Positions 62,351 through 64,000 of a DNA stretch of 64,000 bases are shown piece after piece. The translations under genes and the position numbers were made by a program. The stretch comes from Hydrolagus colliei (taxonomy: Eukaryota). The notes under the pieces are model-generated. The model was given only the letters and a program-made list of their open reading frames with translations, made no database searches and was not told the DNA's origin. Positions within the stretch are counted from its first letter, which is position 1, and every line of letters begins with the position of its first letter. The DNA lies in assembly GCA_035084275.1 (NCBI GenBank), contig CM068759.1, positions 3,596,001-3,660,000 of the forward strand. The letters are read 5' to 3'.

Positions 62351-62634
62351 CAGCTCTGTATCGACAAAACTATCCCTTATGACGCCGTGGAGAATTTCGT
62401 GAACGCCACTTCAGCGCTGTACGCGCACAACGGTATTCAAATCATTTGCAACTTTAATCATGAGAACATCAAATAAAATCTTCCAAGAATTGCCTACTTT
62501 ATGTTATGTAACCATTATTCCTCCTTTGCCATCAAGCTCATAGTGTAACCATTAGCGGAAGCAATTCAGCACTTACTGAGCTTCAGGAATAAGACATGAA
62601 ACTGCAAAATAAAAATGAAATGAGAGCATCAAAC

Positions 62635-62820
62635 CTTAACAAGCACCAGATGTCCCTCATTTGTTTTTAAATCTGTATGAATCTCGAAGTGTCCATCTTC
62701 ATCCCCTTTAGTTATACTATATTTTGCTCTCCATGCAGCAGTGTTGGGCAAATCTTCATCGTTGACTTTCAATATTGCCCCAGTCACGTTACGCTCCCTT
62801 TCGTGCACAGAAAAGATGAA
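62635..62820 (-). CDS. cdh26: Cadherin-26-like exon, EC3 (FIFSVHERERNVTGAILKVNDEDLPNTAAWRAKYSITKGDEDGHFEIHTDLKTNEGHLVLVK)
   Basis: Absent from the ORF track; translated by hand. Acceptor ttctag, weak donor GTTTGA; 186 nt, phase 0/0. DxD..AWRAKY..G.EDGHF.I.TD..TNEG is the classical/CDH26 EC3 signature. Confidence 0.9.
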
Positions 62821-62929
62821 CTAGAATTGAACAAACAATTAAACTCAACCAGAAAAGGCTTCAAGAATAACTTTGCACACCACAAAATGTCCCCCTGAAC
62901 AGCCATCACGTCGAGCATAATTTTTGTTT

Positions 62930-63352
62930 TCGAGTAGTGCCCATGGGATCTTTCACATCCAGCCAAACAGGCAGACATGGCCTCGGTTTAATGTATCATT
63001 CTATAAGGGCGGCGCCTCCGACAATGCAACACCCTCCGCCCCTAGTAATGCAATGGAATGTTAGTTTGTCTTGCGCAATTGGTTACAGCGTTTCACCCAC
63101 AAAATGTACAGTCAATTCACTTAATGATATATTATTTTTGACCTCGCCCAGCGTGCAGGGTGCTATTTAAATAATTGTTGCTCTTATATTCTGTGAAGTC
63201 ACTTTGAGACGTCTCGAAGACATGATAAGGCACTATATCAAATGAAAGGATTATTATTAATACTGTATTATACGAACTCCAAGTCCTGGTGTGGGTTTTG
63301 AACCCACCATTTTCTGATTCAGAAACAAGGTTGTTTCTAACTGAGGCAGGCA
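62930..63352. mobile_element. Nested insertion: SacSINE1-like element (-) split by a tRNA-Val SINE 3' half (+, about 63070-63262), itself interrupted at about 63123-63184
   Basis: The host sequence stops at caatggaatgttag and resumes at ctccaagtcctggtgtgggttttgaacccac. Confidence 0.7.
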
Positions 63353-63484
63353 AGCAGTATTTTTAAGATTCGGCTGTATAAAAGGTATACACGTCTTTTA
63401 GGAACTGCATGACCTTGAAGTGAGAGATACTAATCTGATGGAGCTATTTCAGGGAGCAATGTTATTGTGCAAATCAATACTTAC

Positions 63485-63613
63485 GGTGCTTGTAGCAAAT
63501 GTAGGAGCGTGATTATTTCTGTCTGAAACTGAAATGTACATCCAGGTAGAATTTGTTCGCTTTGGTTCCCCTTTGTCACTTGCTTCAATTTTAAGAACAT
63601 ATTCCCTTTCAGT
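63485..63613 (-). CDS. cdh26: Cadherin-26-like exon, end of EC2 (TEREYVLKIEASDKGEPKRTNSTWMYISVSDRNNHAPTFATST)
   Basis: Acceptor ctttcag, donor GTAAGT; 129 nt, phase 0/0. Has AxDxG and DxNNHxP cadherin motifs; the NNHxP variant recalls CDH26. Upstream exons lie outside the window. Confidence 0.9.
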
Positions 63614-63909
63614 CTGAAAGATAATGGAAATTAATTTGCAAATCATCCAACAAAACAATAAGCATGAACAAAATCATTGAGCTATATCAAATGCAAGGAT
63701 TATTATTATTATTAATGTTGTTATTATCAACTTGGCTTGGGTTGCCTTGGACCTGACGATATAGTTGATTCAAGTTAAATCCCAAACTGAATGCTACTTC
63801 AGGAATGTAAAGTGCAATTTACGTTGCAATCTATCTTTTTGACAGTGCTTACAGCCAGAACTTCTTCCTCCCTCCCCCATCTCATCCCTCTAAGCTGGGC
63901 TCCATATCA

Positions 63910-63976
63910 GCTATGTGAAGCACTTAGGTACGTCCTCCCGACCTTAAAGGCATTATAGAAATGGATGTTTTTGTTT
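63910..63976 (+). mobile_element. L2 tail fragment (a further (TTA)n tail lies at about 63680-63727)
   Basis: acgtcctcccgaccttaaaggcattatagaaatg. Confidence 0.6.
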
Positions 63977-64000
63977 TAAATGGTTCTGCTTCTTTTAACC

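Overview
AT-rich vertebrate genomic DNA. The repeat complement (Deu-domain SINEs, CR1, L2, Penelope termini) points to a cartilaginous fish, possibly a holocephalan (inference). The right ~10 kb holds the 3' two-thirds of a minus-strand, multi-exon cadherin gene most similar to cadherin-26. I traced nine phase-consistent GT-AG exons (63613 to 54922; EC2 end, EC3-EC5, TM, juxtamembrane) plus a terminal exon (54033-53770) with a degenerate catenin-binding domain; the 5' end lies beyond the window. The cytoplasmic tail is unusual: tandem 66-nt exons, no EEGGGEED p120 core, and an apparent penultimate exon whose donor reads AT instead of GT. Positions 1-53.5 kb are non-coding: interspersed retroposons, two DNA-transposon remnants, and repeat-poor blocks that look like enhancers. 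The most notable unexplained patterns are recurrent head-to-head inverted pairs of retroposon 3' tails (including a 124-nt hairpin at 11059-11182) and eleven T(6-10)A(7-12) palindromes. Nearly all other ORFs in the track appear spurious. Family names are from memory, not from database searches.
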